A stretch of 64,000 bases of DNA from an uncultured Gammaproteobacteria bacterium (GTDB lineage Bacteria > Pseudomonadota > Gammaproteobacteria > SZUA-140). The notes below the pieces were generated by a model, which was given only the letters and a program-made list of their open reading frames with translations, was not told the DNA's origin and did not search any database. Positions 47,639-58,307 of this stretch are shown here, one piece after another. The position numbers and the translations under genes were made by a program. Where the stretch lies: assembly GCA_945787155.1 (NCBI GenBank), contig CALZHD010000001.1, positions 16,817 through 80,816 on the forward strand, given 5' to 3'. How positions within the stretch are numbered: position 1 is the first letter of the stretch; each line of letters starts with the position of its first letter.

Positions 47639-49582
47639 TTACTTCTTTTTATCATCCTTCACTTCTTCAAACTCGGCATCCACAACATTCTCGCTGCCTG
47701 CACCTTCATTTTCGCTTGAAGAAGCACTCTCCTGTGCCGCTTCTGCCGCACCTTCAGCGCCACCCTGCTGTGCATAGGCTTTTTCTGCGATCTTAGCAGA
47801 GGCTTCGGTCAACACCTTGGTCTTCGCTTCAATCTGCTCCAGGTCATCGCCCTGTAATACACCCTTAAGGTCTTCGATCGCCGCTTCGATCTTACTCTTC
47901 TCTTCAGCGTCGATTTGATCGCCCAGATCTTCAACAGACTTGTTAACCGCGTGGATCATGTTATCCGCCTGATTACGCGCCGCCACCAGCTCATGGAATT
48001 TACGATCATCTTCCGCATGCGCCTCGGCATCCGAGACCATCTGTGCAACCTCTTCATCCGACAAACCACTAGAGGCCTTGATCACAATCGACTGCTCTTT
48101 GCCGGTCGCTTTATCTTTTGCAGAAACATTGAGGATACCATTGGCATCGATGTCGAAGCTCACCTCAATCTGTGGCACACCACGCTGTGCGGGTGGGATG
48201 TCACTCAGATCAAATCGACCCAGCGATTTATTGGCTGTAGCCACTTCACGCTCACCCTGCAACACATGCACGGTCACTGCGGTCTGATTATCATCAGCGG
48301 TCGAAAACACCTGACTCGCCTTGGTAGGGATGGTGGTATTCTTTTCGATCAGCTTGGTCATCACGCCGCCCATGGTTTCGATACCCAGAGACAACGGGGT
48401 CACGTCAAGCAGCAGTACGTCTTTAACGTCGCCACCGAGTACACCGCCCTGAATCGCAGCGCCAACAGCGACCGCTTCATCTGGGTTAACATCCTTACGT
48501 GGCTCACGACCAAAGAAATTTTGCACCGCTTCCTGCACCATCGGCATACGGGTCTGACCACCAACCAGGATCACATCATTAATATCAGAGGCACTAAGCC
48601 CTGCATCTTTCAATGCAATTTTACAGGGCTCAATGGTGCCCATGACGAGCTCTTCTACCAGAGACTCCAGCTTGGCACGCGTCATCTTGATGTTTAGATG
48701 CTTAGGACCACTGGCATCAGCGGTAATGTATGGCAAATTGACATCTGTCTGCTGGCTCGAAGAGAGTTCAATCTTCGCCTTCTCTGCCGCCTCTTTCAGA
48801 CGCTGCAGTGCCAGTGGATCATTATGTAGATCAACCCCAGAGTCTTTCTTGAATTCGTCAGAGAGATAGTCGATCAGACGGGTATCAAAATCTTCACCAC
48901 CGAGGAAGGTATCACCATTGGTCGACAGCACTTCAAACTGGTGCTCACCCTCAATCTCAGCGATCTCAATGATTGAGATATCAAAGGTACCGCCACCCAG
49001 ATCATAAACCGCAATCTTGGAATCACCACGATTCTTGTCCATGCCGTAGGCTAGTGCCGCCGCGGTGGGCTCATTGATGATACGCTTCACTTCAAGACCC
49101 GCGATCTTGCCCGCATCCTTGGTTGCCTGACGCTGCGAATCGTTAAAATAGGCTGGTACAGTGATAACCGCTTCAGTCACCTCTTCACCAAGAAAATCTT
49201 CGGCGGTCTTTTTCATCTTCATCAAGACACGTGCGGAGACCTCAGGAGCGGCCATCTTGTTACCATTGACTTCAACCCAGGCATCGCCGTTATCGGCCTT
49301 AACGATATTATAGGGCACCAGTTTGATATCACGTTGTACCACTTCTTCATCAAAGCGACGCCCGATTAGACGCTTGATTGCAAACAGGGTGTTGATAGGG
49401 TTGGTGACCGCCTGACGCTTGGCCGACATTCCCACCAGAATTTCGTTGTCATCGGTGTAGGCAACAACAGATGGAGTGGTACGGTTACCCTCGCTGTTCT
49501 CGAGCACACGCGGCTTATCACCATCCATCACTGCTACACAAGAGTTGGTGGTACCCAAGTCAATACCAATAATTTTTCCCAT
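47639..49582 (-). CDS. dnaK: Molecular chaperone DnaK (Hsp70)
   Basis: Full-length Hsp70 ([17 protein letters not shown] motifs). Confidence 0.95.
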   Translation of the reverse strand: MGKIIGIDLGTTNSCVAVMDGDKPRVLENSEGNRTTPSVVAYTDDNEILVGMSAKRQAVTNPINTLFAIKRLIGRRFDEEVVQRDIKLVPYNIVKADNGDAWVEVNGNKMAAPEVSARVLMKMKKTAEDFLGEEVTEAVITVPAYFNDSQRQATKDAGKIAGLEVKRIINEPTAAALAYGMDKNRGDSKIAVYDLGGGTFDISIIEIAEIEGEHQFEVLSTNGDTFLGGEDFDTRLIDYLSDEFKKDSGVDLHNDPLALQRLKEAAEKAKIELSSSQQTDVNLPYITADASGPKHLNIKMTRAKLESLVEELVMGTIEPCKIALKDAGLSASDINDVILVGGQTRMPMVQEAVQNFFGREPRKDVNPDEAVAVGAAIQGGVLGGDVKDVLLLDVTPLSLGIETMGGVMTKLIEKNTTIPTKASQVFSTADDNQTAVTVHVLQGEREVATANKSLGRFDLSDIPPAQRGVPQIEVSFDIDANGILNVSAKDKATGKEQSIVIKASSGLSDEEVAQMVSDAEAHAEDDRKFHELVAARNQADNMIHAVNKSVEDLGDQIDAEEKSKIEAAIEDLKGVLQGDDLEQIEAKTKVLTEASAKIAEKAYAQQGGAEGAAEAAQESASSSENEGAGSENVVDAEFEEVKDDKKK

Positions 49583-49652
49583 ATCCTGAATCTCCGTAGT
49601 TAAATCTGTTATTACTTACTGTTTACTAAAATCTTATTAAACTTGCATTTCT

Positions 49653-49681
49653 ATATAGAGATGATGATTCGGCTTTTCAAG
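49653..49681 (-). promoter_or_regulatory. Sigma-32-like heat-shock promoter upstream of dnaK
   Basis: The gene strand reads CTTGAAA-N14-CTCTATAT (consensus CTTGAAA-N13-15-CCCCATNT). The -35 element lies in the 3' end of grpE. Confidence 0.4.
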
Positions 49682-50306
49682 CCGTCTCATCAATTTTATT
49701 CTGCTGATCATCCTGTCCTGCCACGGCCTTCGACACCACCACCATTGCCGGACGAATCAGACGATCGCTCAATACATACCCTTTCTGAAATACTGTCATC
49801 ACTGTATTCGGGGCAAAATCGCTCGTCTCCTGCATCGACATCGCCTGATGAAACTCTGGGTTAAACTTCTCGCCCTGCGGATTGACCTCTTTGACGTCAA
49901 ACTTCTCCAGCACTCCGGAAAACATCTGCAGCGTCAACGCCATCCCTTCTCTGATCTTGGCACGCCCCTCATCCTGCTCATCACCCTCGGCAACCGCCGC
50001 CATCCCCATCTCCATGCTATCTTTGACCGGGATTAGCTCTAACGCCAGTTTCTCTACCCCATATTTATGGGCATTGGCCAGGTCACGCTCGGCACGCCGC
50101 TGCGCGTTGGAAAGGTCGGCACGCGCCATCAACAATTGGTTCCAGTGCTCGTCTGCCTTTGCCTGCGCATCTTGCAACGTCAGCAACAGCTCTTCTTGTG
50201 ACAGCGCCGGGGCTTCGTCACCTACAACCTGCTCTCCATTCGTCTCAACCTCAATCTGCGATTCTTCAATGTTGCTTTCCGCAGACGCTTCCTTTTCATT
50301 ACTCAT
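49677..50306 (-). CDS. grpE: Nucleotide exchange factor GrpE
   Basis: 209-aa GrpE family sequence. Confidence 0.9.
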   Translation of the reverse strand: MSNEKEASAESNIEESQIEVETNGEQVVGDEAPALSQEELLLTLQDAQAKADEHWNQLLMARADLSNAQRRAERDLANAHKYGVEKLALELIPVKDSMEMGMAAVAEGDEQDEGRAKIREGMALTLQMFSGVLEKFDVKEVNPQGEKFNPEFHQAMSMQETSDFAPNTVMTVFQKGYVLSDRLIRPAMVVVSKAVAGQDDQQNKIDETA

Positions 50307-50364
50307 AATTTAAAACTCTCCAACAATATCGTGATAATAATTTAATAATTTAGTTATATAGGGA

Positions 50365-51414
50365 CTATTTTGACTGAGCCAAGGCGGCGCTCACCAGTTT
50401 TGCAGTCACATCGACGATTGGAATCACGCGCTCATAGGCCATCCGGGTCGGGCCAATCACACCCAAAATGCCGAGCACCTCGCCATCCACCTGATAGCCA
50501 GAGGTCACCATACTGCACTCATCCAGTACGCCATAACCCGACTCATCACCGATGAAGATCTGCACACCATCACCATCGAGGCATTGATCCAGCAGTTGCA
50601 GGATCTGTTGTTTCTCATTAAAGGCCTCGAACAGACCGCGCAATTTATCGATGTTCGAAAGCTCCTCAAATCCCATCAAACGGGTCTGACCACTTAACAC
50701 AAAGTCATCGGTATCCGACGATGATACTGGCTGATCGAACACCTGCTCAGCCATCGTAATCGCCTGATGCATCATCTGCTCCATACCGACCTTGGTCTCA
50801 CGCAACTCCTTAAGTATACGATGGCGCACGTCAAACAGCTCATGCCCCGTCAGCTCGCTATTTAGGAAATTTGCTGATTGCTGCAACTCCGCTGCCGAAT
50901 AATGACGATCTACCTTGATCACAGTGTTCTGCACATCTTTCTCGTTGATTACCAGAATCGCCAGAATGCGGTTGTCAGAGAGCGGCATAAACTCGATATG
51001 ACGCAACGAAGAACGCTTCGCCGTACGCGGTATCATCACCATTCCCGCCATCTCTGTAATTCCCGAAAGGTAGCTCGAAACCGATGCCGCCAGTTCCTGG
51101 TTCGACCCTTCTCCCCCAAACTGGCCACGCATCGTAATAATCTCGCGCTCGCTCAGCGGCTTGATCGTCAACAGTGAATCGACAAAGATACGATAACCCT
51201 TGTTAGTCGGAATACGTCCAGCTGAGGTGTGCGGTGAACTCACCATGCCTAACTCTTCAAGGTCGGCCATCGCATTGCGCACCGTCGCCGCACTCACATC
51301 AAGCCCGGAATCACGCGCCAGGGCCCGCGAACCGACCGGCTGCCCGCTACGAATATAGCTCTCCACTAACACCTTAAGCAGATGCTGGGCGCGATCTCCA
51401 AATTCTTCTGCCAC
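50365..51414 (-). CDS. hrcA: Heat-inducible transcription repressor HrcA
   Basis: N-terminal wHTH (GQPVGSRALA) and HrcA family length; heads the hrcA-grpE-dnaK-dnaJ array. Confidence 0.9.
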   Translation of the reverse strand: MAEEFGDRAQHLLKVLVESYIRSGQPVGSRALARDSGLDVSAATVRNAMADLEELGMVSSPHTSAGRIPTNKGYRIFVDSLLTIKPLSEREIITMRGQFGGEGSNQELAASVSSYLSGITEMAGMVMIPRTAKRSSLRHIEFMPLSDNRILAILVINEKDVQNTVIKVDRHYSAAELQQSANFLNSELTGHELFDVRHRILKELRETKVGMEQMMHQAITMAEQVFDQPVSSSDTDDFVLSGQTRLMGFEELSNIDKLRGLFEAFNEKQQILQLLDQCLDGDGVQIFIGDESGYGVLDECSMVTSGYQVDGEVLGILGVIGPTRMAYERVIPIVDVTAKLVSAALAQSK

Positions 51415-51478
51415 TGTCTGTCTCGAGGCTTAACCGGCTGCTTAAATACAAAGATAACTGTTCAAAGGCTTGCAACTA

Positions 51479-51505
51479 TTAGCACTCGCAATCTTAGAGT
51501 GCTAA
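51479..51505. promoter_or_regulatory. CIRCE operator (HrcA binding site)
   Basis: Perfect TTAGCACTC-N9-GAGTGCTAA inverted repeat, about 65-90 nt upstream of the hrcA start. Confidence 0.85.
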
Positions 51506-51612
51506 ACTTAAATTTGCAAGTCATTGATAAAATGAAGTTATTGGCGATTTGCGGCGTCCGTGATACTTTCGCAACGAGGCGCGTAGAAAATCCGCGTGAA
51601 ACGGAAAAAACA

Positions 51613-52494
51613 ATGACACAACAAACATTTAAAACCGTCGGCTTGATTGGTAAACAGAGTGACCCGCGCGTTGGCGAGGCACTTGAGACCCTGAGTCTCT
51701 ATCTATTGGAACAGGGCATCACTGTCTACCTCGATGAGGTGAATGCCGATATTGTCACTAATAGTGCGCTGGAGGTCTGTAGTCGTAACGAAATTGGTGA
51801 GCGCTGCGACCTCGCCATCGTCGTCGGAGGTGATGGCACGCTGCTCAACGCCGCACGCGCACTGGCCGATCACAATGTGCCGCTGGCCGGTGTTAACCTT
51901 GGTCGCCTCGGCTTTCTGACCGATATTTCGCACGATAATATGATCGAATACCTCGACGAGATCCTGCAAGGCCACTACCTCACAGAAGAACGTTTTCTGC
52001 TCAACAGCACCATCATCCGCCAGGGCGAAAAACTCAATGAAGCGAGCGCCTTCAATGATGTCGTCATCCACAAATGGAATGTCGCCCGCATGATCGAACT
52101 GGAGACCTATATCAATGGCAAACTGGTGAACCAACAACGCTCGGACGGATTGATCATCTCGACACCCACCGGCTCGACCGCCTACGCCCTCTCCGCCGGC
52201 GGACCGATCATCGACCCAACGCTCAACGCCCTGCTGCTGGTACCGGTATGCCCGCACACCATGAGCAATCGCCCTATCGTAGTCGGTGGCGACAATGAAG
52301 TTGAGGTGGTGATCTGCGAGCGTAACCATGACAATGCGCAGGTCACCTGCGATGGTCAGATCAGTTTTGGGCTCTCCTCGGGTGATCGCATCCAGATCAA
52401 AAAGAAAGAACAGCCCATCCAGCTGATCCACCCATCACAACACGACCATTATGAGATTCTCAGGGCCAAACTCCACTGGGCGGAAACCTCGTAA
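51613..52494 (+). CDS. nadK: NAD kinase NadK
   Basis: GGDGT(L) and NxGxLGFL motifs. The true start is the MTQQTFKTVGLIG Met; the ORF track's longer 51382 start would run through the CIRCE and hrcA regions. Confidence 0.9.
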   Translation: MTQQTFKTVGLIGKQSDPRVGEALETLSLYLLEQGITVYLDEVNADIVTNSALEVCSRNEIGERCDLAIVVGGDGTLLNAARALADHNVPLAGVNLGRLGFLTDISHDNMIEYLDEILQGHYLTEERFLLNSTIIRQGEKLNEASAFNDVVIHKWNVARMIELETYINGKLVNQQRSDGLIISTPTGSTAYALSAGGPIIDPTLNALLLVPVCPHTMSNRPIVVGGDNEVEVVICERNHDNAQVTCDGQISFGLSSGDRIQIKKKEQPIQLIHPSQHDHYEILRAKLHWAETS

Positions 52495-52508
52495 CAAAGT
52501 ATCAAACC

Positions 52509-54206
52509 ATGCTAAGTCACATCCACATCCGTAATTTTGCCATCGTCGAACAACTCGACCTCGACTTCAATCACGGCCTGTCAGTACTCACCGGCGAAAC
52601 TGGCACCGGTAAATCGATCCTGATCGATGCACTGGGACAGGTACTTGGCGACCGCGCCGACAGCGACATGGTGAGACACGGCAGCGCACGCGCCGAGATC
52701 AGTGCCACCTTTGAACTCAGCGATGCCGCACAGGCGGCGGCATGGCTGCATTCCAATGAACTGGACGACGACAGCAATCCAGGCGAATGCCAACTGCGCC
52801 GCACCGTGACCAAAGAAGGACGCTCCAAAGCCTATATCAACGGTCGCCCGACGACACTGCAAATGTTGCGCGAGCTGGGGGAACAGCTGGTCGACATCCA
52901 CGGTCAGCACGAACATCAGTCACTGGTGAGACGCGATGAACAGCGTCGCCTGCTCGACCACTACGCCAACCACAAAACAGTTGTCGATGAAGTGGCCACC
53001 ACCTTCCGCCAGTGGCAAAAGATCAACCGTGAATTCCAGACGCTAAATGAAGCGGCCAGATCACGTGACCAACAGATAATACTACTGCGCCACCAGACCG
53101 AAGAACTCAAAGCACTCAATCTGACGACGAATGGCCTGCAACAACTGGAAGAGGAACACAAACGCCTCGCCAATGCAGGACAATTGATCAATTCCAGCCA
53201 GGCAGCACTACAGACGCTGGACGATGATGATCACGCCATCAGCCACCAACTGCACCGTGTCACTACGCTGCTGCAACCGCTGCTCGATAGTGACAAACAG
53301 CTTGCCCCCGTGGTCGAGATGGTGGAGAGTGCCGCCATTCAAATCGGTGAGGCGACACACGAACTGCGTCAGCAGCTCGATGCACTCGAGCTTGACCCTC
53401 AACGCCTTAGCGAAGTGGAACAACGTCTCAGTGACATCCATGATGCAGCGCGTAAACATCGCGTACGACCCAAGGAGTTGCCAGCGCATTACCAGACACT
53501 ATGCGACGAACTGGCCTCCCTCGATAACGCAGACGCGACGCTGGATCAGCTCGAAAAAGAGATCGAACTAAAAACCACGCACTACCATAAACTCGCCAGC
53601 AAACTGCGCAAAGGACGTCGCAGCGCAGCTAAAAAACTCAACCAACTCGTCAGTGACAACATGCACAGACTCGGCATGCCGGGGGGCGCATTCGAGATTA
53701 CCGTCACCCCCCTTCAATCTGATGGTGACGATGAAAAGTTTACCGTGCACGGCACAGAGCAGATCGAATTCCTGGTCAAAACAAATCCAAACCAGCTAGC
53801 CAAGGCGCTCAATAAGATCGCCTCCGGGGGTGAACTGTCGCGTATCAGCCTCGCGATTCAGGTAATCACATCACAGCAGGGCGGCATTCCGACATTGATC
53901 TTCGATGAGGTTGACGTTGGCATTGGCGGGCGTGTCGCCGAGATTGTCGGCCAAAAACTGCGCGAGCTGGGCAATTCACGTCAGGTATTGTGTGTTACCC
54001 ACTTGCCACAGGTAGCCGCTCTGGGTCATCATCATCTACAGGTCAATAAACAACTTACGGATGAACGTGTCGAGACTCAGGTGCAAACGCTGAGTGAGAA
54101 AGCACGCAACGAAGAGATCGCGCGCATGCTCGGAGGCATCGACATCACTGATCAGACCCGTGCTCATGCACATGAAATGATCGCAAAGGCGCAACAGCAG
54201 CCGTAA
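52509..54206 (+). CDS. recN: DNA repair protein RecN
   Basis: SMC-like Walker A (GETGTGKS) at the N-terminus, long coiled coil and C-terminal signature/Walker B region. Confidence 0.9.
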   Translation: MLSHIHIRNFAIVEQLDLDFNHGLSVLTGETGTGKSILIDALGQVLGDRADSDMVRHGSARAEISATFELSDAAQAAAWLHSNELDDDSNPGECQLRRTVTKEGRSKAYINGRPTTLQMLRELGEQLVDIHGQHEHQSLVRRDEQRRLLDHYANHKTVVDEVATTFRQWQKINREFQTLNEAARSRDQQIILLRHQTEELKALNLTTNGLQQLEEEHKRLANAGQLINSSQAALQTLDDDDHAISHQLHRVTTLLQPLLDSDKQLAPVVEMVESAAIQIGEATHELRQQLDALELDPQRLSEVEQRLSDIHDAARKHRVRPKELPAHYQTLCDELASLDNADATLDQLEKEIELKTTHYHKLASKLRKGRRSAAKKLNQLVSDNMHRLGMPGGAFEITVTPLQSDGDDEKFTVHGTEQIEFLVKTNPNQLAKALNKIASGGELSRISLAIQVITSQQGGIPTLIFDEVDVGIGGRVAEIVGQKLRELGNSRQVLCVTHLPQVAALGHHHLQVNKQLTDERVETQVQTLSEKARNEEIARMLGGIDITDQTRAHAHEMIAKAQQQP

Positions 54207-54249
54207 TATTGAATAATTACTTTACAATCTAAACAGGGAGAGCAATCAC

Positions 54250-54543
54250 ATGAGTGCCGAACAACGCCGATTTCCACGCACCTCACTCAATGAAGAGACC
54301 ATCTATTTTCTTCACATCGATGCTGAAAACGATAATGAACGGGTCTACTCTCCTGCCACCATTATCGACATCAGCAAGGGCGGCCTTGGTATGCAGGTCG
54401 GCGTCCCTCACGAAATCGATGATGAACTGTGGCTCGAAGGGATAGAGGGTTTTACCGGTGCGCAACCCGCCCGCGTCAAATGGGTCAAAGATACTGCGGA
54501 TAAAGAGCTATTTACCATCGGGGTGGAATTTAAGGGCGTATAA
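54250..54543 (+). CDS. Stand-alone PilZ-domain protein (c-di-GMP receptor)
   Basis: 97 aa with canonical QRRFPR (RxxxR) and DISKGG (DxSxGG) motifs. Confidence 0.7.
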   Translation: MSAEQRRFPRTSLNEETIYFLHIDAENDNERVYSPATIIDISKGGLGMQVGVPHEIDDELWLEGIEGFTGAQPARVKWVKDTADKELFTIGVEFKGV

Positions 54544-54572
54544 AACTGCCCACAGCTCGCGTGACAAAAAGG

Positions 54573-55400
54573 CTATCCGTAAAACACCATATAAAGCAGA
54601 TTGATGAAAAAGTGCAGCAAGACCGCAACCTCAATGCGTCCTCCGCTAAGATGATAAGCCCCGCCATAGAAAAATCCGGCAATGGCCGCCAGCAGCACAA
54701 ATTGCATCCCACCTCCAATATGCACCAGGCCAAACAGCAGTGATACCAGACACAGTGCCGCCTGCCACCCCCAACGCCTGTCGCGCCACTTTGTGACCAG
54801 ATAACGTTGCAGAAGCCCTCGAAAAAAGAGCTCTTCCGCCACGCAGGTCACCAGCAGATTTCCCCAGGCCCACAGCCAAAAATACTGGGGTGCGCCGAAC
54901 CCAGGTGCTTCGATCCCTCCAATCAGTAATGCTAATGAAAAAATCACCACGGGCGCCATCACAAAGAGCCGCCATGTGGCAGCAAATGCGTTACGCAACT
55001 CGACCCACTGCATCATCCGTGGTGCCAGTAACGCGAGTAGCACAAAGGCGACACAGGCTTTATCCAGGTTTCGATAATGCTGCTCTGCAAATACCGGGAT
55101 AGGGGAAAAACCGGGCAACAGGTGTGTTGCCAACGCCAGTGTTAACACTACCACCGCCGTTAGCGAGAGATAATGTCGCCAACCTCGTTCAGACGACCGA
55201 AACAGACAGGCCGCGGCAATCAACAATCCTGTCCACAACAGTGCCAACGGCTGCATCCAGCCCTGAAAGAGGCAAACAACGAGCGTCACTGCAAACAACC
55301 ACCAGGGCAGCCAGATAATGCGGCCACGCTGTGGCACATACCACAGCGACAATATTGCTGAGGTAAAAAGCATCACAAATAATATCGCAGGAAAAGACAT
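54573..55400 (-). CDS. CPBP-family (CAAX/Abi) intramembrane metalloprotease
   Basis: Polytopic membrane protein with EELFFRG and FGLVH motifs. Confidence 0.7.
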   Translation of the reverse strand: MSFPAILFVMLFTSAILSLWYVPQRGRIIWLPWWLFAVTLVVCLFQGWMQPLALLWTGLLIAAACLFRSSERGWRHYLSLTAVVVLTLALATHLLPGFSPIPVFAEQHYRNLDKACVAFVLLALLAPRMMQWVELRNAFAATWRLFVMAPVVIFSLALLIGGIEAPGFGAPQYFWLWAWGNLLVTCVAEELFFRGLLQRYLVTKWRDRRWGWQAALCLVSLLFGLVHIGGGMQFVLLAAIAGFFYGGAYHLSGGRIEVAVLLHFFINLLYMVFYG

Positions 55401-55540
55401 CGTCCAGCCGTATTTTAATTACCAGAGTTCCAGAATAAAATCCCGGCCAACCACATGATCAATCCGAGTCCAGAATAGATCTGCCAGCATCAATTTAACA
55501 GGGCAGCTATTATTAATTTAATTACAACGACACACAACCA

Positions 55541-56329
55541 ATGCTCGATACTGATAAAAATCGTGATATTATTCAAACAATGTACACACCCCCCTCCATT
55601 CAGCCAAGTGAATCAGAATCCATGCTGTTAGAAAACTTTTATAGCGAAGCATCCGCTAAGATCCACTTCTCGCGTAAACAGGCCAGCGATTTTGCCAAAG
55701 GGATTGCCGGCGATTTCAACCCCATTCACGATGAAGAGGCAAAACGCTTCTGTGTCCCCGGAGATCTGCTGTTTGCACTGCTGCTCAATAAATACGGCAT
55801 CAGCCAGAAGATGCACTTCACCTTCTCAGGCATGGTACCTGATGGCGTAGCGCTGCATTTTAACAATTCAAATGATGACAAGATCACTATTGTCGATGAT
55901 AATGACAAAGAATATCTCAGTATTACGCGTAGCGGCGCAACTTCCAAAGACGCAGACTTGATTCACAATCTCACCTGTCGCTATGTAGAGTTCTCCGGCC
56001 AGACGTTCCCACACATCCTTGTCCCTCTAATGGCAAAACATCAGGTGATGATTAACCCAGACCGCCCGCTGGTGATCTATGAGAGTATGGTCATCGATAT
56101 CGATGACCTTAACATCGAACAACCTCAACTCGAACTGAATAACTCGACACTCGAAGTGGATGGCAAACGTGGCAGCGTCTGCCTGACATTTAACCTGCTA
56201 TCGAACGGCAATATCATCGGCAAAGGTGAAAAAAATATGGTGTTAAGTGGTCTGCGTGAATATGACGAAACTAAGATTCAACAATTGATCGAAGGCTACG
56301 ATGCACGTAAATCCGGCACCGCTAGCTAG
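55541..56329 (+). CDS. Hypothetical protein with MaoC-like (hot-dog fold) N-terminal signature
   Basis: FAKGIAGDFNPIHDEEAKRF resembles the MaoC dehydratase motif (SGDxNPIHxD). Confidence 0.4.
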   Translation: MLDTDKNRDIIQTMYTPPSIQPSESESMLLENFYSEASAKIHFSRKQASDFAKGIAGDFNPIHDEEAKRFCVPGDLLFALLLNKYGISQKMHFTFSGMVPDGVALHFNNSNDDKITIVDDNDKEYLSITRSGATSKDADLIHNLTCRYVEFSGQTFPHILVPLMAKHQVMINPDRPLVIYESMVIDIDDLNIEQPQLELNNSTLEVDGKRGSVCLTFNLLSNGNIIGKGEKNMVLSGLREYDETKIQQLIEGYDARKSGTAS

Positions 56330-56398
56330 CAGGAAAATAAATTGACAGTTCAACTTGACCGTCAACGAAGTTAATCACACCCCGTGAGGTATGATGTT

Positions 56399-57484
56399 CT
56401 AAGAAGAACAACTCAGTTGTAATTTCCCCGCCCATAAAGGAGGTCGTTCTGCATAAGCCCCCATGCCTGGTTGCTCACTATATGGCTTGTGCAACAAAGC
56501 TAACAGGCGATCAATTTCGCTGTAATCACCCTCATCTTCAGCCTTTCGAATGGCCACTTCTACCATGTAGTTACGAAGAATATATTTAGGATTAGCAGTA
56601 TCCATTACATCGCGACGACGTTCATCACAACTCTCTTCATGGAGCAGTCGCTGACGACAGTCATTTATCCAACGGTCAAAGGCCTCGTGATCGACAAATT
56701 TCTCGCGCTGCGGGTGACCACTCGGTTGAGATAACGATATTGCGCCAAGGTCTCGGAAGAAGTTTGTATAGTCGACACGCCCCTCCAATAATCCCAATAA
56801 TTGATTCCACAATTCAAGATCGCCTGACTCACTGCTCATCAACCCTAACTTGGCACGCACAATCGCAAGATAAGCGGCATCAAAATGCGACCAGTAGTCT
56901 GCAAATCGTTCACGCACCAGGTCAATGGCGATTTCACCATCATCATGAATCAATGGCAACAACGCCGTCGCCAGACAGGCAAACGGCCCGTAATCAAGGG
57001 TCAAACCGAGAATCGACATATTGTCGCTATTCATCACCCCATGGCAAAAGCCGCCCCCCTGCCACTGCGCGACCAGTTTGGCAGTCTGTCGCACCACCTC
57101 ATCAAACAGCGCTAGATAAGGATTAGATTCATCACTCAAATGAGAAAAGTGTTCATCCAGTAGATAACCGCCAAGACACTGAAGATTGTTGTGGCACAAA
57201 AGAACCAAATTGATGACCGGCATAGGCCATCGCAAGCGGTTTAGCACCGGGGATTTCACGAGCACCCACCAGTGATTCAACAAAACCATTCTGCCGCGCA
57301 TCATCAGTGGACAACCCCAACAACTCCCCCACCTGTGGGTTGAAGCTTGCCAGATGCGTACCCACCAGCGGCCGTGGTGATGTCAGGTGAAAAAATTAAG
57401 CAGGTAGTGTCGCGTAACGATTTTCAAAGGTAAGCGATTCTAATCCAGTGACTTGTTTGTGAGCTGATTTGAAAATTGAATTCA
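56399..57484 (-). pseudogene. selO: Disrupted protein adenylyltransferase SelO (YdiU)
   Basis: Three reading-frame pieces align to SelO. Frame A (from ATG at about 57484) gives MNSIFKSAHKQVTGLESLTFENRYATLPA then a stop. Frame B (57153..57365) gives ...SFNPQVGELLGL...AMAYAGHQFGSF. Frame C (ORF 56399..57304) gives ...GFCHGVMNSDNMSILGLTLDYGPF...NPKYILRNYMVEVAI. Total span about 1.09 kb, versus about 1.45 kb for an intact selO. Confidence 0.7.
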
Positions 57485-57814
57485 TGACATGCACATCTTC
57501 GACCGCAGCCGAGCTCGCCTCAATGAAAATAGTTAGATGATTTAGCCGGGGATAATAACCGAGCACTTTACTCAGTCTTTAATCTGAAACACAAGCTTGA
57601 AAAAACAGGCAACTGAATACATATTCACATATAATAGATATCTATCTAATTTCAATAGATTAATTCGTAAGACAATAAAATAGATATTATCAGAAATAAA
57701 GAAAAAACGTCACTTCCCGTTAACTATTTAATCAGTCTCTATTGCCCCACACGCTCCTGTGAGGCACAGGTACGCAACGCTAATAAGCTATATCATCACC
57801 TTGGGAGTCAAGAA

Positions 57815-58297
57815 ATGAGCGAAAAACCAGACGTTGAGAAGATCGGAACATCATCACTAGGCAATGAATTAAGCCTCAAAGAGTGTGAAGTGATTGCCAA
57901 TATTATGGGCGTGCGCGAACTCACTGATGGTGAATCTCTAATCGATGAAAAAGGCCACGAACACACCCTCTTTCTGCTCGCCGACGGCAAACTTGATGTC
58001 ATCAGCTCAGCGGCAAATGAAAATATCCCTGTTTATGCAATGTCACCGGGCGAAGTGGCCGGAACCCGCGCCTTTGTCGACCGAACACCGCGCCGTGCGA
58101 CACTGCGAGCCGTCGGCAACACCACCATCTACACACTGGAACCAGCACCCTTCGAAGCACTACTCCAGAGCCGACCCGATATTGTCTACAAAGTCATGCG
58201 CGCGCTGTTCCGCATCACCCACGATAATCTACGGCGGATGAACAGCGAAACAGAGCAGCTCACCAATTACATCAATAAATCCAACGGACGTTATTAA
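57815..58297 (+). CDS. Stand-alone cyclic-nucleotide-binding (cNMP/Crp-type effector) domain protein
   Basis: 160 aa with cNMP-binding beta-roll features (GE...A, R.AT..A motifs) and no DNA-binding HTH. Confidence 0.6.
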   Translation: MSEKPDVEKIGTSSLGNELSLKECEVIANIMGVRELTDGESLIDEKGHEHTLFLLADGKLDVISSAANENIPVYAMSPGEVAGTRAFVDRTPRRATLRAVGNTTIYTLEPAPFEALLQSRPDIVYKVMRALFRITHDNLRRMNSETEQLTNYINKSNGRY

Positions 58298-58307
58298 TCA
58301 ACGTCGA

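Noticed and set aside
49670-49684. Hairpin CGGCTTTTCAAGCCG overlapping the grpE stop as a grpE terminator
   Set aside because: On the grpE strand it is not followed by a U-tract and it contains the -35 of the proposed dnaK promoter. More likely promoter-associated than a terminator.
51382-51612. Long N-terminal extension of nadK given by the ORF track (start 51382)
   Set aside because: The extension would read through the CIRCE element and the hrcA start region and encodes non-conserved sequence. NadK homology begins at the Met at 51613, which has a purine-rich stretch upstream.
56740-57126. 128-aa + strand ORF inside the selO remnant
   Set aside because: Antisense to recognisable SelO-coding sequence; Pro/Arg/Ser-rich translation; artefact.
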